A stretch of DNA of 64,000 bases from Gammaproteobacteria bacterium (GCA_041689615.1 JBDNFW010000039.1:104665-168664); one strand, 5' to 3'; positions 40,803 to 53,034 are shown, counted from the stretch's first letter. Notes: generated by a model not told the origin, from the sequence alone. Numbers and translations are program-made.

Positions 40803-43616
40803 GTGTCAGAATTTGTTATTGGTCAACGCTGGGTGAGTCATACAGAGACGGAACTCGGATTAGGAATTATTGTTGGTGTAGAGGGACGTCGAGTAGAAAT
40901 CAGCTTTCCTGCGGCTGATGAGCAACGACTCTATGCCACGGATAGCGCACCTCTGACACGTATAGAACACAAGTTTGGAGAAACTATTCTAACTCAGGAT
41001 GAACAGGCATTTAAAATTATTCGTACGGAACAATTTGAAGGTCGGATAATTTATTATGCTACAGATAAAGAAGGCCAGGAACATCGAATTGATGAACTGG
41101 ATTTAAATTGTTTTATTGAACTGACCACACCAAAGCAACGCCTCATTAGCGGACAACTTGATAACTTAAAAGCTTATCGCTTACGTTGCGAAACACTTTT
41201 GCAATTACATCGCTTACAACAATCACCAGTAAAAGGTTTACTGGGTTCCAGAACAAATTTATTACCTCACCAGGTTTACATCGCTAATGAAGTAGCTAAA
41301 CGTTACGCACCGCGAGTTTTACTTGCTGATGAAGTTGGTTTGGGGAAGACCATCGAAGCCGGAATGATATTGCATTATCAATTACATAGTGGGTTAGCAA
41401 GTCGAATTTTAATTATTGTTCCCAATACACTGAGTCATCAATGGTTAGTTGAAATGCTACGTCGTTTTAATCTGCGTTTTTCATTATTCAATGAGGATAG
41501 AATACAAGCGCTTGGTGAAGAAGAAGGCAATCCATTTGAAAGTGAACAATTAATTATCTGCAGTCTGGATATGCTTACCAGTGATCCAGATTTATTTAAT
41601 CATTCTCTAAAAGCGGATTGGGATATGGTTGTTGTTGATGAAGCCCATCACCTACATTGGACTGAAGGCGATGAAGGACATGATTATCGTTGTATTGAAG
41701 CTCTCGCTAATAAATGCCGCGGCTTATTATTATTAACGGCAACACCAGAACAAGCTGGAGCGGGAAGTCACTTTGCCCGTTTGCGCTTACTTGACCCTGC
41801 TCGCTTTCATGATTTTGATAGCTTTCTAAACGAAGAAAAAGGTTATCAGAAACTCAGTGCAACGGTAAAAAGCTTACTGGACGAACCTGATGAACTGTTA
41901 ACAGATGAAATGCTGGCATTGCTAAAAACATATCTTGAAAATGAAGCGCCTGATAAGAATAACCCTGATATTTTAGAGCGTGAGGAAATTGTATCAAAAC
42001 TACTTGATCGACATGGTACTGGACGTGTGTTCTTACGAAATACCCGCGAAGCTATAAAAGGCTTTCCCGAAAGAAAATTACATAGCACCCCTCTCGAATG
42101 TCCAAAACTCTATTCGACACTTTCAGGAAAACAAACACTATTTCCGGAAATAGAAATTGATAACAACGACTGGTTAAAGCAAGACCCTCGAATTCAATAT
42201 TTAATCAGTTTAGTAAATGAATTAAAGACTGAAAAGATATTGGTGATTTGTGCCAATGCAAAAACAGCATACAATTTGGAAAGACACTTGCAATTGAAAA
42301 TGGGAATTCGTAGCGCTGCCTTTTATGAAGGACTTAGCATTATTGAACGTGATCGCGCTGCTGCCTATTTTTCTGACACAGAAATGGGAGCACAAGTATT
42401 AGTCTGCTCTGAAATCGGAAGTGAAGGACGTAACTTTCAGTTTGCCCATCATCTTGTTTTATTTGATTTACCTTTAAATCCCGATCTTTTAGAACAACGT
42501 ATCGGTCGGCTGGATCGCATTGGTCAAACAGAAGTCATTAACATTCATGTTCCTTATATTGAACATTCTGCACAGGCAGTGATGTTCAACTGGTATCACA
42601 AAGGACTTAACCTCTTTTTGCATAGCTGTGCTGCTGGCTATGCTATATACGAAAAATTTGAAGCACCGTTAAACGAGGCTTTAGTTGAACCACAAAAAGA
42701 TATTAGTTCGCTTATCGACGAAACGAATCAACACACCAATATCATTAAACAAAATATGCATGATGGCAGGGACAGATTAGTTGAATTAAATTCTTGCCGA
42801 AAAGATTTCGCAGAGGAAATTATAAATACCATCAACGATGAAGAAAAACCCAAGTTACTGATGGATTATATGGAGAGCATGTTTAATGCCTATGGCGTCG
42901 ATCATGAAGAACACTCTGAAAATACATGGATTATCCGAGCTAGCGATCATATGCGAACCGGTTATTTTCCTGGTGTTGGCGAAGAACCGGTTACCATTAC
43001 CTTTGATCGAAACAAGGCTCTCAGTCGTGAAGATATGCCTTTTGTTAGCTGGGAACATCCAATGGTGTCTGATGCAATTGAAATGGTATTAAAAAGCGAG
43101 ACTGGAAATACCTTTATTTCTACCATAGAAAAAGAGGGTATAGAGCCGGGAACAATATTACTAGAAACATTTTCCAGTATTCATACAATAGCCCCGAAAA
43201 GACTTCAAGTTGATCGTTACTTACCCATTACACCTTTGCGCACATTAATTAGTAAAGATCGTAAAGATTATTCAAAACTTTTAACACACGAAAAACTGAA
43301 TACCCTAAGCATGAAGATTGAGCGGCAGACAGCGCATGCCATCATTAAACAAATTAAACCTGAAATTGAAACAATGATTGATTTAGCAATCAAGTTTAGT
43401 CAATCAAAACTACCAAAGATAAAAGAAGAAGCTCAACAGCGCGTTGATACGTTACTAGGTTCTGAAATAAAACGTATGAAACAATTACAAAATAAAAATG
43501 CAACAATCAGAAAAGAAGAAATAGAGTTTTTGGAAGAACAACTGCATGCCTGCACCGAAATCATCAGCAATGCAAAATATGAGCTTCAAGCTGTACGACT
43601 GGTAATAGTTCAATAA
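40803..43616 (+). CDS. rapA: RNA polymerase-associated SWI/SNF ATPase RapA
   Basis: GQRWVSHTETELGLG, LADEVGLGKT, DEAHH, SEIGSEGRNFQF, EQRIGRLDRIGQ. Confidence 0.97.
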   Translation: MSEFVIGQRWVSHTETELGLGIIVGVEGRRVEISFPAADEQRLYATDSAPLTRIEHKFGETILTQDEQAFKIIRTEQFEGRIIYYATDKEGQEHRIDELDLNCFIELTTPKQRLISGQLDNLKAYRLRCETLLQLHRLQQSPVKGLLGSRTNLLPHQVYIANEVAKRYAPRVLLADEVGLGKTIEAGMILHYQLHSGLASRILIIVPNTLSHQWLVEMLRRFNLRFSLFNEDRIQALGEEEGNPFESEQLIICSLDMLTSDPDLFNHSLKADWDMVVVDEAHHLHWTEGDEGHDYRCIEALANKCRGLLLLTATPEQAGAGSHFARLRLLDPARFHDFDSFLNEEKGYQKLSATVKSLLDEPDELLTDEMLALLKTYLENEAPDKNNPDILEREEIVSKLLDRHGTGRVFLRNTREAIKGFPERKLHSTPLECPKLYSTLSGKQTLFPEIEIDNNDWLKQDPRIQYLISLVNELKTEKILVICANAKTAYNLERHLQLKMGIRSAAFYEGLSIIERDRAAAYFSDTEMGAQVLVCSEIGSEGRNFQFAHHLVLFDLPLNPDLLEQRIGRLDRIGQTEVINIHVPYIEHSAQAVMFNWYHKGLNLFLHSCAAGYAIYEKFEAPLNEALVEPQKDISSLIDETNQHTNIIKQNMHDGRDRLVELNSCRKDFAEEIINTINDEEKPKLLMDYMESMFNAYGVDHEEHSENTWIIRASDHMRTGYFPGVGEEPVTITFDRNKALSREDMPFVSWEHPMVSDAIEMVLKSETGNTFISTIEKEGIEPGTILLETFSSIHTIAPKRLQVDRYLPITPLRTLISKDRKDYSKLLTHEKLNTLSMKIERQTAHAIIKQIKPEIETMIDLAIKFSQSKLPKIKEEAQQRVDTLLGSEIKRMKQLQNKNATIRKEEIEFLEEQLHACTEIISNAKYELQAVRLVIVQ

Positions 43617-43625
43617 GGATATGAT

Positions 43626-45322
43626 CTAGATTTCCACAGATTCCTCTGTTTCGATTTCTTCCTGAAGTGGTTGAATAATATAACCGGATACGTAGTCCAC
43701 TCCAGCATCAATAGCTGCTGCAAGACCTTCACCTGTTTCCAGTTTGTCTGCAATAACCAGTGAATCATGTTCATGAGCAATAGAAACCACTTCTTTCATT
43801 TCCTTAAGACTCATTTCACTACCACCGAATGTAGGCGAAAATCGTGTGTACTCAAAATGCATATGTTTCATGCATTGTTCAAGAATGGAGTGATTAGGAA
43901 CATGAAGTAATGCTGCAGATATTCCATATTTTTCACGAAGTTGTTCAATAAGAGTTTCAGCTTCATTTCGAAAGGTTAGAAATTTTTTAACATCTATTTC
44001 TAAAATTAAGGAGTCCCCAATATCAGGAAAATCAGTGCCACCAATTAATTTATCAAACCACTTGAAAAACTTTCATCTGAATATGAGGACGATGTTAGAG
44101 TCATAAACAATGCTGTATCAATCGAGTTTCTACTGTATTCCTCAATTAATTTATTAATGCTAAATTGTATAACCCATCTATCCAGCGTATTGAGTTTATT
44201 TGTATCCTGAAGAATCGACATATATTGATCAGCTGAAAATTCATCTCCATCTTTGCCAATCAGATTCATTCGCGTTGTATAAAGACTTTCTTTGCGCATT
44301 AACGATTTCGCATCAGACACTTTAATAATATGCTGGAAGAATGGTTTTACCCTGTTTTTGATAAAAACATTTTCGAGTTGCGCTTTAATACTCTTGTTAT
44401 CTTTTTCTTCTTTTCTCGCATCACCATAGATAGCATATGAATTACCTGGTTCATCGCGTGCAATTCGGCATGACACATCAGCAGAAATAAATACTGTTTC
44501 TGCATCAATGTTATCTGTATCAATTACGGCTACACCAATACTAACGGTATAATTATAGGCTCTACTCTTTTCAGAATAGGGATGTTCAGATAATTCTTTA
44601 CACAGTTTCCTGGCAAATTTTTCAGCGACGTTAAAATCGATACGACTTTTTAGCAATACGGCGGTTGCTGCATCACCCGAACGAATAGCAACACCTTCAT
44701 ATTTCTTACCTTTTAATAATTTGGATGTTACTTTAGCTATGTGACTACAGATTTTATCCGTTGTTATTATGCCAAATTCATCATGTAAGCCCTGATAATC
44801 GTCAACTTCAATTACAAATACAACGTCATCTTTATTGGCTTCTTCTATTTTTCTCAAGAAACGACTTTTATTATAAATATGTGCACTTAAAGTAATAGTA
44901 TCCGACTTAACCCGTTCTTCCCGATACTGTTTTGTCGCACGTTGAATAGATTCAAAAAGAACAATTTTAGTTAACTCGTTTTTATGTAGAAAATCCTGAA
45001 CCCCATATCTGAACGCCTGAACAATCACTCTTTCGTCGCTTTTGCCCGTCAACATAATTGCTGCCGGAAAATCACTTGATGCGGCACTGGCTCTAATCCA
45101 TTCCAGTCCATTCTCACCATTACCTAAATCATAATCGACGATGACAAGTTGGTATTTTTCCCAGTTATATTCACTGCCCGGGCAACCATCTTCAATGTCG
45201 TACGTTACTACTTTTGCGGATGGCAATATGCTTTTGAAGTACTCAGTCAAAAGAGCACAATAATCTTTAGAATCATCGATTAGTAAAATTGATTTTATGT
45301 AGGAAGATGCTGAAGTACTCAT
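43626..45322 (-). pseudogene. Response regulator with REC, degenerate GGDEF and degenerate EAL domains, split by one frameshift near 44070
   Basis: REC (LIDDS, IVDYD, MLTG); SGDAA in place of GGDEF; frame of ORF 43626-43871 is open up to 44072 (KFFKWFDKL...LILEID...GVDYVSGY). Confidence 0.75.
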
Positions 45323-45607
45323 AACGCTCTACTATTATTCATAGCTTTATTTTTTATAATTTCCAAAGAGTACAAGAGTATTAGCTGAATCGCAAAACAA
45401 ACTATTAAGCTTGTCGGCTAATAGAGACACTTAAATAATGCTATTAAACTTACGATATATATTAGCGGTATATTCCGAAAAATAATTAAGGCATATCAAG
45501 TAGATCTCAAATTTAAGATATATTTGATATTGTTTGATGCACTGCAAAAAACATTTTTAAACCAATTTAGAATAAACGCGGAACTACTAGAGAGGCGATA
45601 CAAAAAC

Positions 45608-46015
45608 TTATTTGACTACTTTTAAATGCGAACCTTTTTTCTTCTTACTTTCTTTCTTATCTGATTCAGTATTTGAAACTGATTCTTTATTAGTTTGAAC
45701 TTCAGATTCTTCTTCCTGGAAGATCATACCGCGACCATTTTCATTCGCATAAATCGCCAACACTGCTCCTATTGGAAAATAAACATCCATACTTCTGCCA
45801 GAGAATCGTGCCTTGAAGTTTATAAAATCGTTACTTAGATCAAGATCACGAACAGCGCTCGGCGAAATATTTAAGACAATTTTATTATCTTCAACAAAAT
45901 TAAGGGGAATACTTAGATCGTCACCGCTTGCATCAACTAACAGATAAGGCGTTAAATGATTATCACAAATCCAGTCGTACAATGCGCGCAGCAAATAAGG
46001 TCGATTCGAATTCAT
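45608..46015 (-). CDS. sspB: ClpXP adaptor SspB
   Basis: RPYLLRALYDW, IVLNISP, ARFSG, C-terminal HLKVVK. Confidence 0.97.
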   Translation of the reverse strand: MNSNRPYLLRALYDWICDNHLTPYLLVDASGDDLSIPLNFVEDNKIVLNISPSAVRDLDLSNDFINFKARFSGRSMDVYFPIGAVLAIYANENGRGMIFQEEESEVQTNKESVSNTESDKKESKKKKGSHLKVVK

Positions 46016-46053
46016 AACTTTGTTACAGAGTTCAGGCGTGTAGCCGAATAAAC

Positions 46054-46686
46054 TCAGCCTTCGTTATATTCCTTTTCTACATTTGACATACTGGTTTGAA
46101 ATGCTTCGCGTTCAAATAGTCTATCTGCATATTCCTGTAATGGTTTAGCTGACATTGGTAACTTTATTCCATATTCATCCAAACGCCACATTAATGGTCC
46201 GACACAACAATCAATCAGTGAATACTCTTCTGACATAAAATAAGGCATTTGTGCAAACGCCGGTGCAATCGAAGTTAAGTTATCACGCAATACTTTCTTT
46301 GCATTTGCAGCAGCTATTTCATTTTCACTTTCGACCTCTTCAACAGCCGTATATAGATCGCGCATAACTCTGTAACGCAATTGGCGGTTTCTTGCTCTAT
46401 TGACAGGGTCAACCGGCATTAATGGCGGATGAGGAAAACGTTCGTCTAAATACTCCATCATAATATGTGCATCATACAGAACCAGATCACGATCAATCAG
46501 CGTCAGAATCGAGTTGTAAGGATTTAAATCATTCAGTTCTTCAGGTCTGGCATCATCATCATCAATGTAATTAATCTCAACATTGACATCTTTTTCTGCC
46601 AATACAATACGCACAGCATGTCCGATTGGACTAACACTGTCAGAATACAAAACCATTAATGAACGACGATTGGCGATACTTGCCAT
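46054..46686 (-). CDS. sspA: Stringent starvation protein A
   Basis: LNPY, EYLDERFPHPPLMPVDPV. Confidence 0.97.
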   Translation of the reverse strand: MASIANRRSLMVLYSDSVSPIGHAVRIVLAEKDVNVEINYIDDDDARPEELNDLNPYNSILTLIDRDLVLYDAHIMMEYLDERFPHPPLMPVDPVNRARNRQLRYRVMRDLYTAVEEVESENEIAAANAKKVLRDNLTSIAPAFAQMPYFMSEEYSLIDCCVGPLMWRLDEYGIKLPMSAKPLQEYADRLFEREAFQTSMSNVEKEYNEG

Positions 46687-46761
46687 TGTTTAAATCTCCA
46701 GCCTGTTAAGAAAGCGCGGGATTATACTACAGATTCTGAAATAAGGGGGTTTCGTGCAAAC

Positions 46762-47511
46762 TTAATGCACATCGCGCCAATATTCCTTTTTGAGCAGGTA
46801 AGTAATAATCATAAGAATAAAGAGATACAGCATTACCCAGACACCGATCTTGGTACGTTTAAGCTTGATTGGCTCGCCTAGATAGACCAGGAAATTGACT
46901 AAATCACGTACGGTTTGATCGTATTGTTCTGGTTTTTGAGAGCCCTCGCTAATTAATTCCAAATCCTCATAAGTAGAAGCGTGGTGTGCTCCATCATCAT
47001 GCTTTTGTTCAGTTAAGCGCTGAACACCTTGAAGCTCCCATAACACATTAGGCATACCCACATCTTTGAATGCCAAATTATTCACGCCAAAAGGACGAGA
47101 TTCATCAACATAAAATGTTTTGAAATAACTATAGAGCCAATCCGCACCACGAGAACGGGCAATAACAGATAAATCAGGTGGTGTAACACCAAAAAAACGA
47201 TCAGCATCAGATTCGCGCATCGCTATTTTCATTGTTTCACCAACTTTATCAGTACCAAACATAAAATTCTTTTTCAGCACATCTTCACTAATCCCTAGAT
47301 CCGTACCCATTCGGTTATAACGCATATAGGCAGCTGAGTGACAACTTAAACAATAATTAACAAATGTTTTCGCGCCGCGTTGTAATGAAGTCTGATTAGA
47401 AAGATCAACTTCCATATGCATTAATTTTGCACCGCCTGCAGCAGAAACACTGACAGAAACCATCATTAAAAGAATGAAGACTATGCCATGTAATTGTTTG
47501 TATCCTTTCAT
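46762..47511 (-). CDS. petC: Cytochrome c1
   Basis: Signal peptide, CLSCH heme motif, PPDLS, C-terminal TM then KKEYWRDVH. Confidence 0.97.
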   Translation of the reverse strand: MKGYKQLHGIVFILLMMVSVSVSAAGGAKLMHMEVDLSNQTSLQRGAKTFVNYCLSCHSAAYMRYNRMGTDLGISEDVLKKNFMFGTDKVGETMKIAMRESDADRFFGVTPPDLSVIARSRGADWLYSYFKTFYVDESRPFGVNNLAFKDVGMPNVLWELQGVQRLTEQKHDDGAHHASTYEDLELISEGSQKPEQYDQTVRDLVNFLVYLGEPIKLKRTKIGVWVMLYLFILMIITYLLKKEYWRDVH

Positions 47512-48755
47512 TTGTCTGTCACCCTGTCTGGTACAGCCTTATCATTATCCATCGCGGTATAAAACGGCATTAAGAAAAAGAAACTAAAATAAACAACCGA
47601 AAAAAATCGCGCCATCCATGTATAAAGAGGCGTTACACCTTGCATGCCTAACCAGCCTAATGAAACAAAACTGATAACAAATGCAGTTAAAGCAATACGA
47701 TAATTCATACCACGATAACGAATGGATTTAACCGGACTTCGATCTAACCAAGGCAATAACAAGAATATATTAACCGCCAATCCCATAGCGACGACGCCAC
47801 CTAACTTATCCGGTATTGCGCGTAAAATGGCGTAAAACGGCGTGAAATACCAAACTGGCGCTATATGTGCCGGTGTTGTAAATGGATCTGCCGGTGTGAA
47901 ATTGGCATGTTCAAGAAAATAACCTCCCATTTCTGGCGCAAAAAATACCACTGCAAAAAAGAAAATTAAAAATACCACTGCACCGAAAATATCTTTCACC
48001 GTGTAATACGGATGAAATGGAATACCGTCTAAAGGAATCCCTTCTGCATTTTTATTCTTTTTGATTTCAACGCCATCGGGATTATTCGATCCGACTTCGT
48101 GTAGGGCCAATATATGAAAGCCAACCAAACCAAGAATAAGTAAGGGAAAGGCAATGACGTGTAATGAGAAAAAGCGGTTTAAGGTGACACCGGAAACAAC
48201 GAAATCACCACGAATCCATTCTGCTAAATCTGGACCGATAAGTGGTATGGCACCGAACAGCGAAATAATGACTTTCGCTCCCCAATACGACATTTGCCCC
48301 CAAGGCAGGAGATAACCAAAAAAGGCTTCAGCCATAATCACCAGGTAAAGTGCCATCCCGGATAGCCATAGTAACTCGCGAGGCTTTTTATAAGAACCAT
48401 AAAGTAGCGTACGGAACATGTGCAAAAAGATAACAACGAAAAAGGCTGAAGCGCCGGTTGAATGCATATAACGAATAAACCAACCCCAGCTGACATCACG
48501 CATGATGTATTCAACTGAAGCAAAGGCACCTTCCTCTGATGGGTTGTAATTCATTGTCAGCCAAATACCGGTCAGTATCTGAATAACCAAAACCAACAGG
48601 GCTAAAGAACCAAAGAAATACCAGAAGTTAAAGTTTTTCGGCGCATAATATTTGGCCAGATGCTCATTCCAGCTTTTCACTAACGGGAAGCGAGCATCGA
48701 CCCAGTCCCGTAAGCCAGTTAATCCTTTAACAACTTGCTTTTCGATATCAGCCAT
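47508..48755 (-). CDS. petB: Cytochrome b
   Basis: RYMHSTGAS, GYLLPWGQMSYWG, PVWY (Qo site motif). Confidence 0.98.
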   Translation of the reverse strand: MADIEKQVVKGLTGLRDWVDARFPLVKSWNEHLAKYYAPKNFNFWYFFGSLALLVLVIQILTGIWLTMNYNPSEEGAFASVEYIMRDVSWGWFIRYMHSTGASAFFVVIFLHMFRTLLYGSYKKPRELLWLSGMALYLVIMAEAFFGYLLPWGQMSYWGAKVIISLFGAIPLIGPDLAEWIRGDFVVSGVTLNRFFSLHVIAFPLLILGLVGFHILALHEVGSNNPDGVEIKKNKNAEGIPLDGIPFHPYYTVKDIFGAVVFLIFFFAVVFFAPEMGGYFLEHANFTPADPFTTPAHIAPVWYFTPFYAILRAIPDKLGGVVAMGLAVNIFLLLPWLDRSPVKSIRYRGMNYRIALTAFVISFVSLGWLGMQGVTPLYTWMARFFSVVYFSFFFLMPFYTAMDNDKAVPDRVTDK

Positions 48756-49345
48756 TACACTGCCTCGCTATCATCGCCGATTAACAAACGGCTGGGTGAA
48801 AGAAATTTATAAGGAGGAACAACTAGATTAGTGGGTGCTGGCATACCTTTGAATACACGACCCGCCAAATCAAAACGAGAACCATGACAAGGACAAGCAA
48901 AACCACCTTTTCCAGCGGTAGGACTATCGTCCACCCCCTTTTGAATAAATTTAGGTGAGCAACCGAGATGTGTACACGCACCAATGACAACCAGAAACTC
49001 GTTTTCCCGAGCGCGATATTCATTTTTGGCATAGTCCGGTTGGGCACTGGCATCTGATGAAGGGTCACTGACTTCATTATCCTGAGCCGCTATATCATCC
49101 AGCATTTCCTGCGTGCGTCTTAGTATCCAGACAGGTCTCCCTTGCCACTTTTCAATGACCAGTTGACCTTTCTTTAAATTACTAATATCGACTTCAACCG
49201 GTGCACCAATCGCCTTGGTTTTTTCACTCGGCGCCATCGCTGCAATAAATGGTACTGCTCCGGCCACGACGCCTGCGCCACCCACTACTGTAGCAGCAGC
49301 AGTCAGGAATCGACGTCGACTCTTGTCAACATTACTATTATCCAT
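48755..49345 (-). CDS. petA: Ubiquinol-cytochrome c reductase Rieske Fe-S subunit
   Basis: Tat motif SRRRFL; CTHLGC and CPCHGS. Confidence 0.98.
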   Translation of the reverse strand: MDNSNVDKSRRRFLTAAATVVGGAGVVAGAVPFIAAMAPSEKTKAIGAPVEVDISNLKKGQLVIEKWQGRPVWILRRTQEMLDDIAAQDNEVSDPSSDASAQPDYAKNEYRARENEFLVVIGACTHLGCSPKFIQKGVDDSPTAGKGGFACPCHGSRFDLAGRVFKGMPAPTNLVVPPYKFLSPSRLLIGDDSEAV

Positions 49346-49486
49346 ATTATCCTCTGTAAGATAACTGATTGGTTAAATACCAGTATTATTATTTATGTAG
49401 TATATATTACGTTAAACTAATTATCGGATAAACAACACATCTATCATTAATTACTAAATAAGGGAATTAAAGTATTTTTAATCATT

Positions 49487-50614
49487 ATGCAATTGAAAAA
49501 GAATTTAGTCTTCATACTGAAATATTCTGCCTACGGATTAGCAATCGCATTCCTTTTTTTGTTATTAACATCCAGTAATTTATTGTCTAATATTTCGTTT
49601 TTATCATCGCACGAATCAAACCGCTATTCTTTCAATAACGCTGTAATGTCGACAGCTCCAGCCGTTGTGAATGTCTATGCCAGCACAGTTTATCAAGAAA
49701 GAAGCCATCCATTGTTTCAAGATCCCTTATTTCGACATTTTTTTGGAGATGCACCAACTATGCCAAAAAAACGCCGAGATAATTCAATTGGCTCTGGCGT
49801 CATTATGAATACAGCTGGTTATATCCTGACCAACGCGCATGTTATTCAAAACGCAAACGAAATCCGTATCACCCTCAATGACGGCCGGCAGGTGGAGGCA
49901 AAGTTAATCGGGCTGGATACCGATACTGATCTGGCAGTCGTCAACATTCAGCTAGAAAATTTACCGCAGATTCCAATTGGTGATTCTACCGAACTCAAGA
50001 TTGGTGATATCGTTTTGGCGATAGGTAATCCATACAATTTTGGTCAAACTGTTACGCAAGGTATTGTCAGTGCAACAAGTCGAAAACGTCGCGGCATTTC
50101 TTATTTCGATGATTTTATTCAAACTGATGCAGATATTAATCTAGGTAATTCCGGCGGCGCATTAGTTACTGCGGCAGGCGAATTGATTGGTATCAATACA
50201 GCCATTATCTCAAGTAGCGGCGGTTCAGAAGGAATCGGTCTTGCCACACCGATCAATCAGGCACTTGATGTCATGAATCAGATTATCGAAAACGGGAAAG
50301 TGGTTCGCGGCTGGTTAGGCATTGAAGCACAAACACTGGGAGCAGATGTCATTAAAATGCTCAATCTTGAAACGGGTGGTGTACTGGTTAACGCCATCAT
50401 GCGCAATAGCCCTGCCGAAAATGCCGGACTAATTCCGGGTGATATTATGATTAGTATCGATGACAAAAATGTTAGTTCACCTGACCAAGCCATTGAAACA
50501 ATTACCAGACTTGCTCCGGGTAGTGAAGTAAAACTAAATATCTTAAGGGGCTGGGAAAGACAAGAATTGATTACACGGATTGTACAGAGACCTGCAACGC
50601 AAATACCTAACTAA
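49487..50614 (+). CDS. degS: HtrA family serine protease DegS/AlgW (single PDZ)
   Basis: TNAHVI, DLAV, GNSGG triad; one PDZ; N-terminal TM. Confidence 0.88.
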   Translation: MQLKKNLVFILKYSAYGLAIAFLFLLLTSSNLLSNISFLSSHESNRYSFNNAVMSTAPAVVNVYASTVYQERSHPLFQDPLFRHFFGDAPTMPKKRRDNSIGSGVIMNTAGYILTNAHVIQNANEIRITLNDGRQVEAKLIGLDTDTDLAVVNIQLENLPQIPIGDSTELKIGDIVLAIGNPYNFGQTVTQGIVSATSRKRRGISYFDDFIQTDADINLGNSGGALVTAAGELIGINTAIISSSGGSEGIGLATPINQALDVMNQIIENGKVVRGWLGIEAQTLGADVIKMLNLETGGVLVNAIMRNSPAENAGLIPGDIMISIDDKNVSSPDQAIETITRLAPGSEVKLNILRGWERQELITRIVQRPATQIPN

Positions 50615-50627
50615 CGGCTACTCGACT

Positions 50628-51707
50628 TTAGTTCATTATCTCTTTCAGTTTTGAAAGAAAAGCATCATTCTCTTCTTTTGTACCAATGGTGACACGTAAA
50701 CAATTATCCAGTAATGGATGAACGCCATGTAGATTCTTGATCAAAATTTTATGCTTCAACAATTCAGCATGCACGAATTCAGCACCCTTTTCTGCTACTT
50801 TAAACAAAATAAAATTTGCTTCGCTTGGCCATGCTTCAATACCTTCAATATTCAAAAGTATATCAAAGACAAAACTTCTATCATTGCGAATTTGTTCGGC
50901 TTGCTGTTCTAATAAGCCAATATTCTGAAGAATAAAATTAGCACTAAGCTGATTCAATGTTCCAATATTGTATGGCAACCTCAATTTTTCAAATTCCGAA
51001 ATCCATTCATGTGCGCCAAACAATATACCTAATCTTAAACCTGCCAAGCCAAGTTTGGACAAAGTTCTCATTAACAAAACATTTGAGTATTTTTGCAAAC
51101 AAGACATCATGCTCTTTTGTGCAAAGACATGATAAGCCTCATCAATAACAACAAGACCCGCTGTCGCTTTTATAATTGTTTCAATAGATTCCTGATCAAA
51201 CATATTGCCGGTCGGGTTATTTGGCCAGGCAATAAATATAACGGCAGGTTGTTTCTCTTCTATCGATTTCAGCATCGCAGGAAGATCGAGTGAAAAGTCA
51301 TCGTTTAATGGCACACCGACATAATCAAGTTCTAACAATGAACTCAATAGACGATACATAACAAAGCCCGGCTCTGGTGCCATTATAACGTTAGATGATT
51401 TATTTAATGCCAGCATGATGATTTGAATCAATTCATCAGAGCCATTACCAAACATCATTGCTGTATCGTCAGGCAAATTAAGCGTTGAACTTAACTTCCT
51501 TCTTAACTCGCTGGCACTTGCATCGGGATAACGATTCAGTTCAGCTTGCTCCATATAGTTAGACCATGCTGTTTTAATTTCTTCCGGCCAGACGTATGGG
51601 TTTTCCATCGCATCCAACTTAATAAGGTTGCTGGAATCAGGAACGTGATAAGCCTTAGCTTCAAGAATAGACGGCTTGATGATCTTTTTAATTTGATCTT
51701 CGATCAT
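50628..51707 (-). CDS. hisC: Histidinol-phosphate aminotransferase
   Basis: NRYPD, GNGSDE, PNNPTG, DEAY, RTLSKLGLAGLR. Confidence 0.97.
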   Translation of the reverse strand: MIEDQIKKIIKPSILEAKAYHVPDSSNLIKLDAMENPYVWPEEIKTAWSNYMEQAELNRYPDASASELRRKLSSTLNLPDDTAMMFGNGSDELIQIIMLALNKSSNVIMAPEPGFVMYRLLSSLLELDYVGVPLNDDFSLDLPAMLKSIEEKQPAVIFIAWPNNPTGNMFDQESIETIIKATAGLVVIDEAYHVFAQKSMMSCLQKYSNVLLMRTLSKLGLAGLRLGILFGAHEWISEFEKLRLPYNIGTLNQLSANFILQNIGLLEQQAEQIRNDRSFVFDILLNIEGIEAWPSEANFILFKVAEKGAEFVHAELLKHKILIKNLHGVHPLLDNCLRVTIGTKEENDAFLSKLKEIMN

Positions 51708-51722
51708 CTTAAATGGGAAATA

Positions 51723-53018
51723 TTATTTTGAATTGATTCTGTATTCTGCTGACCGTGCGTGCGCAGTCAAACCTTCACCGCGCGCCAACACAGAAGCGGT
51801 CTCAGCAATTTTATTTACTGAATTTTTAACACACTTAATCAATGATGATTGTTTCTGAAAATCATAAACACCCAAGGGCGATGAAAATCGCGCTGTTCTT
51901 GCTGTTGGTAAAACATGATTTGGACCAGCGCAATAGTCACCTAAAGATTCCGCTGAATAATGTCCCATGAAAATCGCACCGGCATGTCTAATATCATTCA
52001 GTAAAGCTTCCGGATCAGAAACAGCAAGTTCGAGATGCTCTGGTGCAATAAGATTAACAACCTCTATTGCTTGTTTAAGATCATCTACTTTGATCATTGC
52101 GCTATTACCTGTTAATGCCGCTTTAATAATTTCAGCTCTTTCCATTTCTGGTAAAAGTTTTTCAATACTGTTTTCTACTTGCGAAATAAAATCAGCATCA
52201 GGCGAAATTAATATGGCACTGGCTTGTTCATCATGTTCCGCTTGAGCAAACATATCCATAGCCACCCAATCCGGGTTTGCACTGCTATCACCAACTATCA
52301 CCACTTCAGACGGACCAGCAATCATGTCAATACCGACAACACCAAACACTTGACGTTTAGCTGTTGCCACATAAATATTTCCCGGGCCAACAATCTTGTC
52401 TACTTTAGGCACCAAATCTGTTCCATACGCTAAAGCAGCAACAGCTTGGGCACCGCCAATTGAAAATACACGTGTTACACCTGCTATAGCCGCTGCAGCC
52501 AAAACCAAGTCGTTCCGATTGTCATCGGGCGTTGGCACAACCATAATAATTTCTTCAACACCGGCAACATGCGCGGGAATAACATTCATTAGAACTGATG
52601 AAGGATATGCCGCTTTGCCTCCAGGAACATAAACTCCAACGCGATCCAAAGGTGTAATTTTTTGACCCAACACATTTCCTTCTTCGTCTTCATAAGTCCA
52701 TGTTGTTTGCTTTTGTTTTTCATGAAATTCGCGAACGCGTTTTGCTGCATGCTCTAAACTATTACGTAATGCATCAGGTATTCGTTTTAATGCCGCATCC
52801 AAATCCTGTTTAGAAATTTCTAAAGCTTCTATATTTGCTGATCGTCGATCAAATTGATTTGTATATTCAAGTAAAGCTTCGTCGCCACGAGTACGAATGT
52901 CGGCTATAACTTTCGATACTGTTTCAACGATCGATTGATCCGGTTCATCAGTTGAAGATAGTAAAGACTGTAATGATGAATCAAAATTATCAGCGGATGT
53001 ATCGAGATGTTTTAACAT
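51723..53018 (-). CDS. hisD: Histidinol dehydrogenase
   Basis: [44 protein letters not shown]. Confidence 0.98.
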   Translation of the reverse strand: MLKHLDTSADNFDSSLQSLLSSTDEPDQSIVETVSKVIADIRTRGDEALLEYTNQFDRRSANIEALEISKQDLDAALKRIPDALRNSLEHAAKRVREFHEKQKQTTWTYEDEEGNVLGQKITPLDRVGVYVPGGKAAYPSSVLMNVIPAHVAGVEEIIMVVPTPDDNRNDLVLAAAAIAGVTRVFSIGGAQAVAALAYGTDLVPKVDKIVGPGNIYVATAKRQVFGVVGIDMIAGPSEVVIVGDSSANPDWVAMDMFAQAEHDEQASAILISPDADFISQVENSIEKLLPEMERAEIIKAALTGNSAMIKVDDLKQAIEVVNLIAPEHLELAVSDPEALLNDIRHAGAIFMGHYSAESLGDYCAGPNHVLPTARTARFSSPLGVYDFQKQSSLIKCVKNSVNKIAETASVLARGEGLTAHARSAEYRINSK

Positions 53019-53034
53019 GACTAACTCTAACGAA

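Noticed and set aside
45494-45530. Imperfect AT-rich inverted repeat between sspB and the response regulator
   Set aside because: Three mismatches in 18 bp in low-complexity DNA; no clear terminator or operator features.
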